The notes beneath the pieces were generated by a model that did not search any database, was not told the origin of the DNA, and was given only the letters and a program-made list of their open reading frames with translations. Below are positions 29,024-43,000 of a stretch of 64,000 bases of DNA, piece by piece (position 1 is the first letter of the stretch; the number at the start of each line of letters is the position of its first letter). The position numbers were made by a program, and so were the translations under genes. Origin of the DNA: Eledone cirrhosa (taxonomy: Eukaryota); assembly GCA_964016885.1 (NCBI GenBank), contig OZ024740.1:170686001-170750000 (forward strand), in the 5' to 3' direction.

Positions 29024-29272
29024 TTTCTTTATTAACCACAAGGGTTTACATAAAGTAGACATTAAGGACAGTGCAGGACAATACAGGACGGTACAAATGG
29101 GCATTTTTGCGTGTAAAAAACAAAAACAGAGGATGTAACAAGAAAATAACAATGAAAATTTCCCCAATAGGGGGGAGACTACGGAGGGACATTTGTGGAG
29201 AAAGCCCAGTAAAAGGCCACAATGACCCTGACCACCAAGGCAAGTACCCTCTCCCAGTTTTCCACCTTTAAT

Positions 29273-32200
29273 TTACAGATATATACTCAGAGTAGGCCCA
29301 TTCACTCGGGCCATTCTTGCTTCTCTCACCCATCTTTCAACAAAATGCTGGGAAGAGAGCACTTCCCTCTCTACTCTGATTTTCGTTTTCAAATGAAATT
29401 TGAAAAAGTCAATCAGAGCATCACCGAAGAGGTAAGTGCTCGTCTTCAGCCCTTTCAAACGTGTCCACCATACTATCTCTTTCGCCATGGCCACCAGACA
29501 GATAAAAACTGCCTGCCCTTCCCGGCTAAAGGAGGAGGGCGGGGCAATCCTCACGATGGACTAAGATGATAGCCGGATCCGTCCTAAACGCGACAGCAGG
29601 TGTTCGACATAAACCCACAAATCAGCAATTTTCGGACACTGGACGAGGGCCTGCAGGACGGTTTCGTCGCCCTGCGCGCATCTCGGACATGCCCGGCTGA
29701 CGTCACCTCCATGTCTGTAGAGTTTATCCCGAACTGGCAAGGCTCCTCGGTAGCACTGCGAGGCCAGAGATTTCTGGAAGTTGTCCATAGGCCCTGGCCC
29801 GAAAGTTCTTCCGAAGAGATTGGCTAGTTGATTTTCGTCGACGCCTAGAGTTTCTCCAAGTACGTCGTCGCTCTTCCCCTCCACTAATCCTCTATAGAAC
29901 GCCGAGGTGGAGTTTCCACCGATCACATTGCCCAATTGGTCGAGGGCTGTGAGCGCCTGAAGACATTCCAGTCTCCAGGCGCTCCCTCTCGGTCTTCGCT
30001 TGACTCAGGACTGCAGCTCCGTCAAGGAAACGAGCTGGGGAAAGACGTGTCTAGCAAACGGCGACCACACCTGATCACCGTCGAGGAAGAGGTGGAGATG
30101 TCGTAGCCTGAGCGCGTGCCTGCGCATCATCAGCCACGGCATGCCCAGCCCTCCACGTAGCGGGTGTTGACAACAGATGGACCGCCTGACCATCGGAGCG
30201 CGTCCCTTCCACAAAAAGCGAAAGAGCAAACGCTCCAGCGCAGTCAGGCGAGGCTTAGGACAAGGTACGACGGTCAGGCGGTAGCAGATGACAGACGCGA
30301 TGTACGCGTTAGCCACCTCCGCTCGACCTTTCAGGGATAGCTTCCTCTCCGCCCATTTCTGGGTGAGAGAAGCCACCCTGCTCGTCACCTCGTCCCAGTT
30401 TTTGTCCGTCTGGAGGTCCGGACCGAACCAGACCCCTAGCAATTTAACCGGTCCGTCCGTCCAGCGTCCGACGCGCTGTTGGACGGCATGGACCTGCCTC
30501 TCCAGGTGCCGAGCTGCAGGCCCACTGACTTTTCCTGGTTGATCATTGCTCCTGTCACCGCTTCGTATTCTCTTAGTGTAGTGCCGAACGCCTCGATGTG
30601 TTTGGCGTTTGACACCACTACGGTGACATCGTCGGCATATGCTGACACGGATCTTCCGCATCCTAGTTCGCGCTGGATGCCCCTCAACGTCTCCAGTTTG
30701 TGCAGTAATGGCTCGAGAGTCAATACGTACAGGAGGGACGAGAGGGGACATCCTTGGCGGACCGAGCGCATGATGTTGAACGGTTCCGACAGGTGACCGT
30801 TCACTCTCACCACAGAGCAGATGTCGCTGTGCATGGCAGCGATCCAGCCTCTGAAGACGGGCCCAAAGCCAGCCGCCCTCAGGACTGCCGCTAGGTAACG
30901 ATGGTCGACCCTATCGAAAGCTTTCGACTGATCTAAATTGATCAAGGACCCACCCGTGCCAGGTTCCCTAGCTACCCTCTCTACGATGTATCGCATGAGG
31001 TGGAGGTTGTCGTGGATGGATCTGTCGGGAATGGCGCATGTCTGCGCCTCTCCCACCAGACCACCAACGACAAGCGCCAACCTCTTTGCTAGAACCTTGG
31101 CCAAAATCTTGAACTCTGTGTTTAGCAGAGTTATGGACCGGAAATTATCTATGTTATCCCCCTTGTTCGGATCCTTTCTCAGCAGTGCCACCGCTCCTCG
31201 GCTCACAGAACTGGGAATTCTCCCGTTCTGTTGCCAGTTGCAGTAGACGTCCGCCAAGAGGCCTCCGAACAAGTCTGGCATCTGTACGTAAAGTTCATAG
31301 GGCAGACCATCCAAACCAGGCGATTTTCCCCTTGTGCAGCCAGTCATTGCCTCCCTTACTTCAGCGGCTGTTATCGGCTTTTCGCAACACTTTGCCTCAG
31401 TGGCCGAGAGCCGCGGCAGTCCGTCGAGGTAGACACTAAAGTCCATCCCTCGACCCGGCCCACCGCTGCCCCCGAACAGCTGAGCGAAGTGTCGCTGAAA
31501 AGCTTCACACATTTGCCCGGGATCGAGTAGCATGCGCCCGTCGTGGTCCACCAAAGACCGGATCGTGGCTTTGTTGCCACGACGCGCCTCCGCCACTCGG
31601 GCCCATTGAACGGCTTTCGTCCCCTCGTGTCTGAGAGCACGCACCCTTGCTCTGACAACGCAGCCTTCATGCTTTGCATTGAAGAATTGGTCAAGGGCCA
31701 ATTTCGCCGCAAGCACGTCGGTCGCAATGCCTTTGCTAAGCGCCTCGTCTAATTTTCTAACTAGTTCTCCCTCTGCTCTATTTTTCTCTATTGCTAAAGC
31801 CTTACTAAACCTAATCGATTCTATTCTAATCGCTCTTTTCAGAGCAAACCACCACTTGTTGTTGACGATGGCCCCTGTCAACGCCTGCTTAACTAGTTCG
31901 CTAATCCGGTCTCTGTAGGCCTTGCGCGTTGGTAAGGACGCGTTTAGCTTCCAGTAGCCGGGTCCTCGTCTATGAAGCCTATCTAAGTCAAGCACACAGA
32001 TCACGAATTTGTGGTCCGTGTAGCTGACTATCTTGAATTGTGGACAGCCTATGCTAGTCCTATCTATTTCCCTACAAAATACTCTATCTAGATATGATCT
32101 GGATGACCCTATGCGATTTGTCCAAGTCCACATTGGTACATTCGGGAAATCCAATCGGTACCTGTCAGACAGTTCAAAACGCCTGAGCAGGTTGGTGAGG

Positions 32201-32690
32201 CTCTTGCACCCTCCACCCCTATCCGCTAATCCCACACAGTCCCAGCGTGCATCTAAGATCCCGTTCCAGTCGCCCACTAACACTAAAGAGCGGGACGTTC
32301 CAAGAAAGGTCTCCAGACGCCGGAAGAAATCAGGCCGCCCTGCTCCTGTCGGGCATAGACGGCCACTAGCCTGAAAGCTTGCCCGTCTCCGCTGGTCACG
32401 TCCAGCACCACCAACTTACCCTCTGGGTCCAGGAAGGTGGCCCGTATGGCGAGATCCAAACCTCTCCGAAAAAGCATGGCAACTCCTCCCCCCGATCCCG
32501 GACGGCTGGGAGATGCGTACACATCGTAGCCGCCGAAGATCGGTGCGAAGGCCCGTGCTTCGGAGATTCTGGTGTCGCTGATGGCCACTACCTCTATGTT
32601 TAGTGACCTGAGGTCGTTGAGCAGGTGACCCTGCTTCCATGACGACCCCAAGCCACGCGCATTTATGCTGCCTATTCTGAGTGAGGTCAT
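29273..32690 (-). pseudogene. ORF2 (APE endonuclease + reverse transcriptase + Cys-rich domain) of Tx1 #2
   Basis: ORF-track segments 32283-32690, 30436-32283, 30005-30751, 29561-29935 and 29273-29554 are collinear and split by frameshifts/stops. Confidence 0.9.
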
Positions 32691-32719
32691 GTTTAAAATA
32701 GAGTGGAAAAGATGGGAAA

Positions 32720-34834
32720 GACCACTTACCGTACTTTTGGTAGAGGAGGGATGGTTTTTACATCCCTTTTCACTTGATCGTCTGGTGAAGGGACCGTTGA
32801 ATCGTCCCTTCGGCTGGTCATCGGCTCTTCTATGAGTATGTCCGAATATACTCTTCGGTTGATAGTTCCTCCTAGGTCTCTTTAATCACCAACTGCGTTG
32901 GGGAATTTCGTTTTAATGTTTGTGTATTGTTTCTGTGCTATTTTTAGCAGTCTTATGTTAGTTGGCGTTTTGATTGGTGCTGGTATTATGTAGTCGTGTT
33001 GTGAAATGTCTGTGTGTTCAATTATGTAAGTCATTAGTTTCTTGTTGTGTGTATTTATTGCTGTGCAATTGTTTTTCTGGGGGTGGGGTGTGGTTCTGCT
33101 ATTTTCTTGTTTTTGCTGGGTGTGTGTGTTTTGTTGTTGTGTTTGCGATGTTGGTGCTTGTGGTGGTGGTGTTGAAGGTGTTGTTGTTGTTGGCGGTGGG
33201 GTTGTCGCCGGTGGTAATGGTGGTGCTAGTGTGGGTGGTGATGGTGTTGGTGGTGTTGCTGCTGTGAGTCTCTTTGCAGTAGACTTTACCCTTTTTTCAT
33301 TTCTTTCCTCCCTTTTCAAAGGCGACGATGCGCTGCTCCTGCGTTTGTGCCTTCTTACGACCTTTTGCCATCCCTCTCCCACCTCACACTCCATGTCTGA
33401 TTCTGTGAGGTCGGGGAGGGGTACCAGCTCCACTCTTTCACTTGTTGCTGTTGGTGATGTTTGCACTGGAGTCTCTGTTGCAGCTGCATTTGGTATTGCT
33501 GTTGTTGTTGTTGTTAATACTTCCACTGCTGCTGCTGTTTTTGATTTCCGTGGCGTGGGTATGGGTGCCACGGACCTATCGTTCCTGGTTGCCGCTTGTC
33601 CTGTTGCTGGTAGCCGTGGAGCCGGTTTCGGAAGGAGGGGGGTTTTCTCCTTTCTCAGGGTCTTCTCGTTGCAGAAGGCCCTGAGGTGAGTCTTCGATCC
33701 ACAGCGAAAGCATTTCGGGCGTTTGCCCTCAACACTTATGGGCAGTTGAGTGCCGTTATCGAAGTCTATCACATCCGGGATAGCTTCGATGCACTCCTGG
33801 TTGGTTTGGATTAACATCTCAATGGAGGTGCCGACCCAATCTTCTCTTACTTTTTTCTGTACTTGCAGTACAGTTGTTTTGTCCTCGATTCCGACGAGGA
33901 CAGACGCGGCCAGCCAAGAAGGGACCATCCCAGGGGGGAGGGGGGACGTGGGTCAGTTTGACCCTCACAATTTTTTCCCGCAGTAGGAGGGCACCAACAC
34001 CATTTCCTCGCTCCTTAGGGTCACTACGGATTGAGCCTTTGCCTCCTGGGGTGTGGCAAAAAGTACGTCTACGGTGGCATATTTCTTGCCTCGGGTGATG
34101 TGTGTTTTCCGCTGCCACACAGACCCCAAGGCTTTTTGTATTTGAGCCTCTGTGGCTCTTTCCACCCTACGGGATTTTGTACTTACTGTACGGTACGTGA
34201 CCGTACAGTGCTGTTGGGTTTCGAAAAATGTTTCCGTTGCCTTGCAGATTGCTCGGTGTCCAGTTTTTATCATCATCTTCGCTTCCTCTAATTCCTCATT
34301 TGTTATGAGGATTGTTTCCAGGTTCTCCGCGATACCTGCAAACGAGATTGGTTTTTCTTTGCTGCTGTTGTTGTTGTCGTCAGAGCTGCTGGTACTTTTG
34401 TTGTTGCTGCAGGTACTACGCCTACTGCCGCCGCCGCTGTTGCTGTGGTTGTTGTTGTTGTTGCTGCTGCTAATGCTGTTGTTGTTTATGCTGCTGCTGA
34501 TGCTGTTGCGGCTGCTACTGTTGTTTTCATTGTCACTGTTGCTGTTGTTATTACGGCTGCTACTGCTATTATTCCTGACGTCAGACGAATGAAATGGGTT
34601 TTCATATTTCCCGCACACCTGTTTCGTCGCTGTCGTCGTCGTCGTGGAGAAACCTTGCACGCTTTGCACGAGACTTTTCTTTTCTGTCGCCGCTTGCGAA
34701 AGAGAAGGGAGGGAGAGAGACACATTTAAAGAAGGGAGGGAGAGAGACAATCTTCTCTCTGCTGTAGTGACGATTGAGGAAGAAGAAGACGGAATGAGTG
34801 GGAGTGACCTATGAAAATTATTTTTCGTAGCCAT
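32720..34834 (-). pseudogene. ORF1 (gag-like, CCHC knuckle) of Tx1 #2
   Basis: Segments 33965-34870 and 32882-33928 are homologous to ORF1 of #1 and #3, with an Asn/Ser-rich N-terminus. Confidence 0.85.
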
Positions 34835-35075
34835 GTTGTTTTTTTTTTGTTTAAAATAAATATTGGGCACAAAACCCCAATAAGGAGTTATTTAACCCCG
34901 AAGAGCCAAATAACGGGCAGAAAGACCCCTCTCACGAGGAGGAGGGTGTTTTTGTCTATAAGTTGGTAAAAGTTTTAAACAATTTACAATTGTTTTAGCG
35001 TTCAAAATTTACAATACCTTACAGAGCCGAGCCTCCGTCAACCATAGCATTCAATGATAATAATAATAATAATAA

Positions 35076-36170
35076 TAGGAAGCTATTGACTATCTACAAT
35101 AAGACTAGGAAGCTATTGACTATCTACAACATGTTCCACAAGAGGAGTGATGTCGATAGACTCTACTTAAGGAGATCTGAAGGTGGAAGAGGTCTTATCA
35201 GCATAGAGGACTGTGTTCAGATGGAGAAAAACAGCCTACACAAATACGTGACTGATAGTAAGAAGCCAATGCTCAGAATTGTACTGAAGGAGAGGACAAT
35301 AGACCAGGGGATGTCCAAGGAGAAAATAACAACAAAGAGAAAGAGCAACCTTCATGAAAAATCCCTTAATAGTACCTTCTTTGAGAAAACTGAATTTAGA
35401 GATCCACAGACATGGAACTGGTTGAAAAGAGGAGACCTTAAAAAGGCTACAGAAGGAATGTTAATGGCTGCGCAGGAGCAGGCCCTCAAAACGAAGTGGT
35501 TGAAACACCACATTTACAAGGAGGAGGCTGGCCCACTGTGCAGGATCTGTGGAGAGAGAGAGGAGACTGTGGCTCACATTGTATCCGAGACTCACTATAA
35601 GGGCTGGAGACATGATGTGATGGGCAGGGTGATCCACTGGCACCTATGCAAAGTAAACAATTTACCACATTCTGAGAAGTGGTATGAGCATAAGCCAGAG
35701 GGGATGATAGAAAACGATCAGGTGAAGGTGCTGTGGGATTTTAGGATACAGACGGACAAGAAACTGGAACACAATAGACCTGACCTGGTGGTTTTGGACA
35801 AAGAAAAAAGATCGTGCCTGATTGTGGATGTAACCTGACCATTCGACACGAGAGTGCAAGAGAAGGAGAGGGAGAAAATTAACCGATACCAGGACTTAAA
35901 GTGGGAGGTAAAAAGGATTTGGAACTGCCATGAAGTCAAAGTGATCCCGATTGTCATAGGCGCACTAGGGACTATCTCAAAATGTTTCCAGGGATGGTTA
36001 AAGAAAATTGGCCCCTTCACGCTTTTTTGAACACTTCAAAAGGCATGCTTGGTGGGAACAGCAAGAACCCTCCGATACGTCCTGAATATCTGAGGCTGCA
36101 GGTAGTGGCTTGATATTCATTTCAACAAACTTTCCAGTTAACTAACATCAATGACTGAGACTCAAAGAGT
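35076..36170 (+). mobile_element. Dong/R4-clade LINE family B, 3' fragment
   Basis: Near-identical to 39035-40010, with CRICGEREETVAH, RHD and RPD motifs; (AAT)n flanks. Confidence 0.92.
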
Positions 36171-36220
36171 AATAACAAATATAATAACAATAATAATAAT
36201 AATAACAATAATAATAATAC

Positions 36221-38436
36221 AGACCGATAACTTGCTTGACCACAATGTATAAAATTTTAACATTAGTCCTAACTTAATATACATATGACCACCTGATAAC
36301 AAATGACCTATTTCCCATTGAGCAGAAAGGGTGTAAACGAGGCTCATATGGCTGTAAGGATCAGCTTTTGGTTAACAAAATGATACTGGAAGATTGTCAT
36401 AATAGACACAAAAATCTACCAATTGCTTGGATAGATTATAAAAATGCATTCGATAGTTTGCCACACAGTTGGGTTGAAAAATGTTTAGAGATTTTCAAAA
36501 TATCCCCCGTTGTCAGGAGATTTTTGTCATTCAGTATGAAGACATGGAAAACGACACTCCTTTTGAATAGTGAAACAAAATCACTGGAAGCTGGAGAAGT
36601 TAATATTAATTGTGGAATTTTTCAGGGTGACTCTTTATCACCGCTTTTATTCTGCATCGCACTTATACCATTAAGTAAAATGCTCAATGAAACAAAACAT
36701 GGATATAAAGTCTATGACAAAACCATTAATCACTTGTTCTACATGGATGACCTGAAACTATTTGCAAAAAATGATGAACAATTGCAAGGGCTATTATCCA
36801 CTGTGGAGCAGTTCAGTGATGACATTAAAATGGAGTTTGGACTACATAAATGCGCCAAAGCAACGTTCACCAGAGGAAAGCTGCTGAAGAGTTCAGACAT
36901 TAATCTTGATCGGGGGAATGTGATAAGAGAACTTGATCAAGAAAAAACTTACAAATATCTAGGTGTTTGTGAAGGAGACGGAATCAAGCACTCGACAATG
37001 AGGGAAAGGATAAGGAAGGAATGTTACTGCAGAGTAAGAGCAATCTTAAGAAAGGAATTGAATGCAAGGAATAGGATCGATGCCATAAACACGCTTGCCA
37101 TACCAGTAGTAACCTACAGTTACAATGTCATCAACTGGTCAAGCACAGAGATCCGTAGGCTCGATAGAAAGTTTCGAAAATTCTTAACCATGCACAGAAT
37201 GCATCACCCTAAGGCAGATATAGATAGAATATATCTCCCTAGGAAAGAAGGAGGACGTGGGTTAATCCAGTTAGATATTGCGTTGAAAACTGCAACAATT
37301 GGATTATCTACATATCTAAGGGAATCACATGATTGGATGATCAAACTCGTTTTGAAACACGAAAGCATCAAAAGATCATACTCCATTACAAAAGATGCAC
37401 AAAGATACAGTAATGGACTACACATTCCAGAAGACCCATTTACTGCTGAAATGGAAAACACAGAAAAAACAAAGCAGGTAAAAGTAACTGCAAAGAAAGA
37501 ACTACTACAGAAACTGGCTAAGAAATGGCAAGAAAAGCCACTGTATGGAAAATACCCAGAACGAGCTAACAACCCTGATGTTGACAAAACTTTAACCCAT
37601 CAGTGGTTGGCATCCTCTGGACTGAAATCGGAGACTGAAGGACTGATTATATCAGCACAAGATCAGTGTCTGCCAACAAAAAATTACCAAGCCAACATAA
37701 TAAAAAGTGGATGCAGCCCATTATGCCGTGTATGCAAAAAACAACCAGAGACCATTGACCATATAATTTCAATGTGCAGTCCTATAGCTCCAACCGAATA
37801 CCTAAACATGCATGACAGAGCTGCACAATACATACATTGGATAATGTGTAAGCATTTTGACCTGCACCATCAAAAGAATTGGTGGGAGCATCAACCACCT
37901 CCCATACTTGAAAAATATCACATCTCAATCTTGTGGAACTTTAGCATCCAAACAGACCGAAAAATAGATGCAAATAGACCTGATATAATATTGAAGGACT
38001 TTAAAAAGAGGGTATGCCTGCTAATTGATATGTCCGTTCCAATAGACAAGAATGTATCTATAAAAACATTTGAAAAAATTGAGCAAGTATAAGGATCTGG
38101 AGATAGAAATTGGAAAAATGTGGTAATTGAGAACTAAAACAATACCAGTGGTTGTAGGCGCTCTGGGAATGATACCTAAGGGGTCTAATGATTACTTATC
38201 GCAAATCCCAGGAAACCCGCGTATAGGAGAAATACAAAAGATAGTACTAATGGGAACAGCCCATATACTAAGGAAGATTCTGTCAATATAAGTACATCAC
38301 AAGTCTAAACACTAAAGATGCATGTGTGAGTATGTATGTTCTTTCTTGAACATGGCGGACCTCGTTGTCTCTTGAGATCACTGGTTGTGACTTGGTGATA
38401 ACTCGTATGAACATAAAGCAAGATAAATGCAACTGT
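36221..38436 (+). mobile_element. Dong/R4-clade LINE family A, 5'-truncated (RT + restriction-like endonuclease)
   Basis: [32 protein letters not shown] zinc knuckle and RPD..ID nuclease motif. Ends in (TAA)n and starts after (AAT)n. Confidence 0.92.
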
Positions 38437-38448
38437 AATAATAATAAT

Positions 38449-40012
38449 CAGCTGGAGAATGCTTGGGAGGCGTGAAGATCAAGAGAGGTATCTTCCAGGG
38501 AGATAGTCTGTTGTTTGTCCTTGCCCTGATGCCCCTGACCATTATACTGCGAAAAGTGAGAGCAGGAAACAAGTTGGGAAAGGGAGAGCTTACCATCAAT
38601 CACCTCCTCTTCATGGACGATCTTAAGCTCTTCGGGAAGAGTGAGAAGGAGTTGGATGTGCTTGTTGACACTGTCCGTATTTTCAGCAATGATATATGTA
38701 TGCAATTTGGTATTAGTAAGTGTGGAGTCCTTGTGATGAAGAGGGGTAGATTGAGCAGAAGCAACGGAATCCAGGTACCAACGGGTGAGATGATAAAGGA
38801 AATTGACACTGAAGAAGGATACAATTATTTGGGCGTTCTGGAGGCTGATGACATCAAGAACAAAAAATGAAGGAATTGATAAGATCTGAATACATTCGGA
38901 GAGTAAGGAGCGTATTAAAGTCACATCTGAACAGTAGGAATGCCATAAGTGCAATAAATCCCGAGCTGTGTCTATTATTAGGTACAGTGCGGGAATTCTG
39001 AGATGGAATGTTGCTGAACAAAAAGAAATGGATAGGAAGACTAGGAAGCTATTGACTATCTACAACATGTTCCTCAAAAGGAGTGATGTCGATAGACTCT
39101 ACTTAAGGAGATCTGAAGGTGGAAGAGGTCTTATCAGCATAGAGGACTGTGTTCAGATGGAGAAAAACAACCTACACAAATACGTGACTGATAGTAAGAA
39201 GCCAATGTTCAGAATTGTACTAAAGGAGAGGACAATAGACCAGGGGATGTCCAAGGAGAAAATAACAACAAAGAGAAAGAGCAACCTTCATGAAAAATCC
39301 CTTAATAGTACCTTCTTTGAGAAAACTGAATTCAGAGATCCACAGACATGGAACTGGTTGAAAAGAGGATCTGTGGAGAGAGAGAGGAGACTGTGGCTCA
39401 CATTGTATCCGAGTCTAAACACATAGCCCAGGCTCACTATAAAGGCTGGAGACATGATGTGATGGGCAGGGTGATCCACTGGCACCTATGCAAAGTAAAC
39501 AATTTACCACATTCTGAGAAGTGGTATGAGCATAAGCCAGAGTAGGTGATAGAAAACGATCAGGTGAAGGTGCTGTGGGATTTTAGGATACAGACGGACA
39601 ACAAACTGGAACACAATAGACCTGACCTGGTGGTTTTGGACAAGGAAAAAAGATCGTGCCTGATTGTGGATGTGGCCTGCCCATTCGACACGAGAGTGCA
39701 AGAGAAGGAGAGGGAGAAAATTAACAGATACCAGGACTTAAAGTGGGAGGTAAAAAGGATTTGGAACTGCCATGAAGTCAAAGTGATCCCGATTGTCATA
39801 GGCGTACTAGGGACTATCTCAAAAAGTTTCCAGGGATGGTTAAAGAAAATTGGCCTCGCCACGCTTTTTGGAACGCTTCAAAAGGCATGCTTGGTGGGAA
39901 CAGCAAGAACCCTCCGATACGTCCTGAATATCTGAGGCTGCAGGTAGTTGCTTGATATTCATTTCAACAAACTTTCCAGTTAACTAACATCAATGACTGA
40001 GACTCAAAGGAC
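38449..40012 (+). mobile_element. Dong/R4-clade LINE family B, 5'-truncated
   Basis: [18 protein letters not shown] and NRPDL..VDVACPFD..EK..RY motifs, flanked by (AAT)n. Confidence 0.92.
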
Positions 40013-40057
<45 letters not shown>

Positions 40058-40059
<2 letters not shown>

Positions 40060-43000
40060 TTTCTTTATTGGCCACAAGGGCTGACATCAAGAAAAACATC
40101 ACAGACGGAACAGGAGGGTACGATGTGGGTTTTGTGCGTGTAAATATTTTTCTTATGGTGGATTGGCAGTATCGGTAGAGGGTCGGACGCCATGCTTTCC
40201 AGCATAGTTACGTCCCTTTACGATCTGAGTTCAAATCCCGCCGAGGTTGACTTTGCCTTTCATCCTTACGGGGTCGATGAAATCAAGTACCAGTAACGCA
40301 CTGGGTAATTGCTGGCCTTGTGCCTAAAGTAGAAACAATTATTTATATAAGAAAAGAAAAAAGACATAAAACATATATATATATAAACAATAAAATGAAA
40401 ATTGAAACAATGAAAAATTCCCCAATAGGGGGGAAACCTCCCAGGGTTACTCGTGGCGAAAACTACACAAAAGACCACGGCCACCCTGACTACCAGGGCA
40501 AGCGCCCTCTCTCAATTTTTCCATCTCTCAAACTACAGACATATATTCAGAGTGGTCCCGTTCACTCGGACCATTCTCGCTACATCCACCCACCTTTCAA
40601 CAAACTTGCTAGAAAGCAGCACTTGCCTCTCCACCCTTGATTTTCCTCTTCAAGTGAAACTTGCAAAAGTTAATCAGGGATTCGCCGAAGAGGAAAGTGT
40701 TTGTCTTTAATCATTTTAACCTTGTCCACCACACAATCTCTTTCGCCATGGCCACCAGGCAGATGACAACCGCCTGCCATTCCTCCTCAAAGGAAGACGG
40801 CGAGACCATCTGCACAATGGACTCAGTCGACAACCGGATCAGTCCCACACGTGACAGCAACTGTTCGACATAGCTCCACAAGTCAGCAATGCTAGGGCAC
40901 TGAACGAGTGCGTGCACAACGGTTTCGTCGCTATGCGCGCATCTCGGACAGGCTCGGCTGATGGCACTTCCGTGCCTGTAGAGCTTATCTCGAACCGGCA
41001 GCGCTCCCCTGCAGCACTGCCAGGCCAGGGATTTTTGGAAGTTATCCATAGGCCCCGGGCTGAAAGTTCTCCGGAAGAGAGCAAGCAGCTGATCTTCTTC
41101 GACGCCCAGGATCTCTCCGAGAACGTCGTCGCTCTTCCCCTCCACTAGTCCTCTATAGAACGCCGAGGTGAATGTTCCACCGATACTGGTGCCCAACTGG
41201 AAGAGGGCAGTGAGCGCCTGGAGACATTCCAGTTTCCAAGCGCTATCCCTCGGTCTTTTTTTGACCCAGGACTGCAGCTCGGTCAAGGAGACGAGCTGTG
41301 GGAAAATGTGCCTGGCGAACGGCGACCACACCCGTTCACCATCAAGGAAGCACCAGAGATGTCGCAGCCTCAGCGCATGTTTGCGCATCATCAGCCATGG
41401 CATGCCCAGTCCTCCACGCAACGGGTGTTGACAGCAGATGGATCGTCTGACCATGGGAGCGTGTCCCTTCCACAAAACGCGGAAGAGGAGGCGCTCCATT
41501 TTGGTGAGAGTTGGGCTGGAGCAAGGGACGACGGTGAGGCGGTAGCAGATGACGGATGCGATGTACGCATTCGCCACTTCCGCCCGGCCTTTAAGGGACA
41601 GCTTCCTCTCAGCCCATTTCTGGGTGAGGGAGGCCACCCTGCTCGTCACCTCGTTCCAGTTTTTCTCCATCTGGAGGTCCGGTCCGAACCAGACCCCGAG
41701 CAATTTAACCGGTCCGTCCGTCCAACGCCCCACGACGCTGTCGGACGTCATGGACTTGCCTCTCCAGGTGCCTAGCTGCAAGCCCACCGACTTTTCCTGG
41801 TTTGTCTTTGCTCCTGTCACCGTTTCGTATTCCTTGAGAGCGGTGCCGAACATCTGGACGTGTCTGGTGCTCGACACCACCACGGTGACGTCGTCAGCGT
41901 AAGCCGACTCTGATTTCCCGCATCCTAGTTCGCGTGGGACGCCCCTCATCGCCCCCAGTTTGTGCAGTAACGGCTCGAGAGCCAATACGTACAAGAGGGA
42001 CGAGAGGGGACAACCCTGGCGGACTGAGCGCATGATGCTGAACGGCTGCGACAGGTGACCGTTCACCCTCACAACTGAGCAGATGTCGCTGTAGATTGCT
42101 GCGATCCAACGCCTGAAAACGGGCCCGAAACCGGCTGCCTCGAGGACCGCCGCCAGGTACCGATGGTCGACCCTATCGAATGCTTTGGATTGATCCAAAT
42201 TGATCAGGGCCCCACCCGTGCCAGGTTCCTTAACCACCCTCTCTATGATGTATCGCATGAGGTGGAGGTTGTCGTGTATGGATCTGTCCGGGATGGCGCA
42301 TATCTGCGCCTCTCCCACCAGACCCTCGACGACAAGCGCCAACCTCGTTGCTAACACCTTGGCCAAAATCTTGAACTCATGGGCCTGAAATTATCAATAA
42401 CATCCCCCTTGTTCAGGTCTTTTCTCAGCAGTGCCACTGCTCCCCGGCTCACAAAACTGGGAATGCTCCCGTTCTGCTGCCAGTTGCAGTAGACGTCTGC
42501 CAAGAGGTCACCGAACAAGTCTGGCATAAATGCATAAAGCTCGTAGGGCAGACCATCTAAACCTGGCGATTTACCTCTTGTGCAGTTAGCCATCGCTTCC
42601 CGTATTTCACCGGTTGTTATTGGCTTTTCGCAACACTGTGCTGCGGTCGCCGAGTGCTGAGGCAGTCCGTCGAGGTATGCACTGAAGTCCATGTCCCGAT
42701 CCGGGCCGCCGCTCCCGAACAGTTCAGCAAAGTGCTGCTGAAAAGCTTCACACATCCGCTCGGGTTCGAGCATCACGCACCCGTTTTGGTCAGACAAAAA
42801 CCGAATGGTGGCTTATTGCCACGTCGCGCCTCTGCCACCCGGGCCCATTGGACGGCTTTTGTCCCCTCGTGTTTCAGAGCACGCGCTCTAGCTCTGACAA
42901 CGTAGCCTTCGTGTTTTGCGTTGAAGAATTGGTCGAGTGCCAATCTCGCCGCAAGCACGTCTGTTGCGATGCCTGTCCTAAACGCCTCTTCTAGCTTTCT

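Larger units (their letters stand above)
28843..35056 (-). mobile_element. Tx1/L1-group LINE #2, full length with a few frameshifts
   Basis: ORF1 has CFRCGSKTHLRAFC. ORF2 has APE, RT (YADD) and C-terminal CPRC motif. The 3' end has AATAAA then (ATT)n, and the 5' end abuts (AAT)n. Confidence 0.95.
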
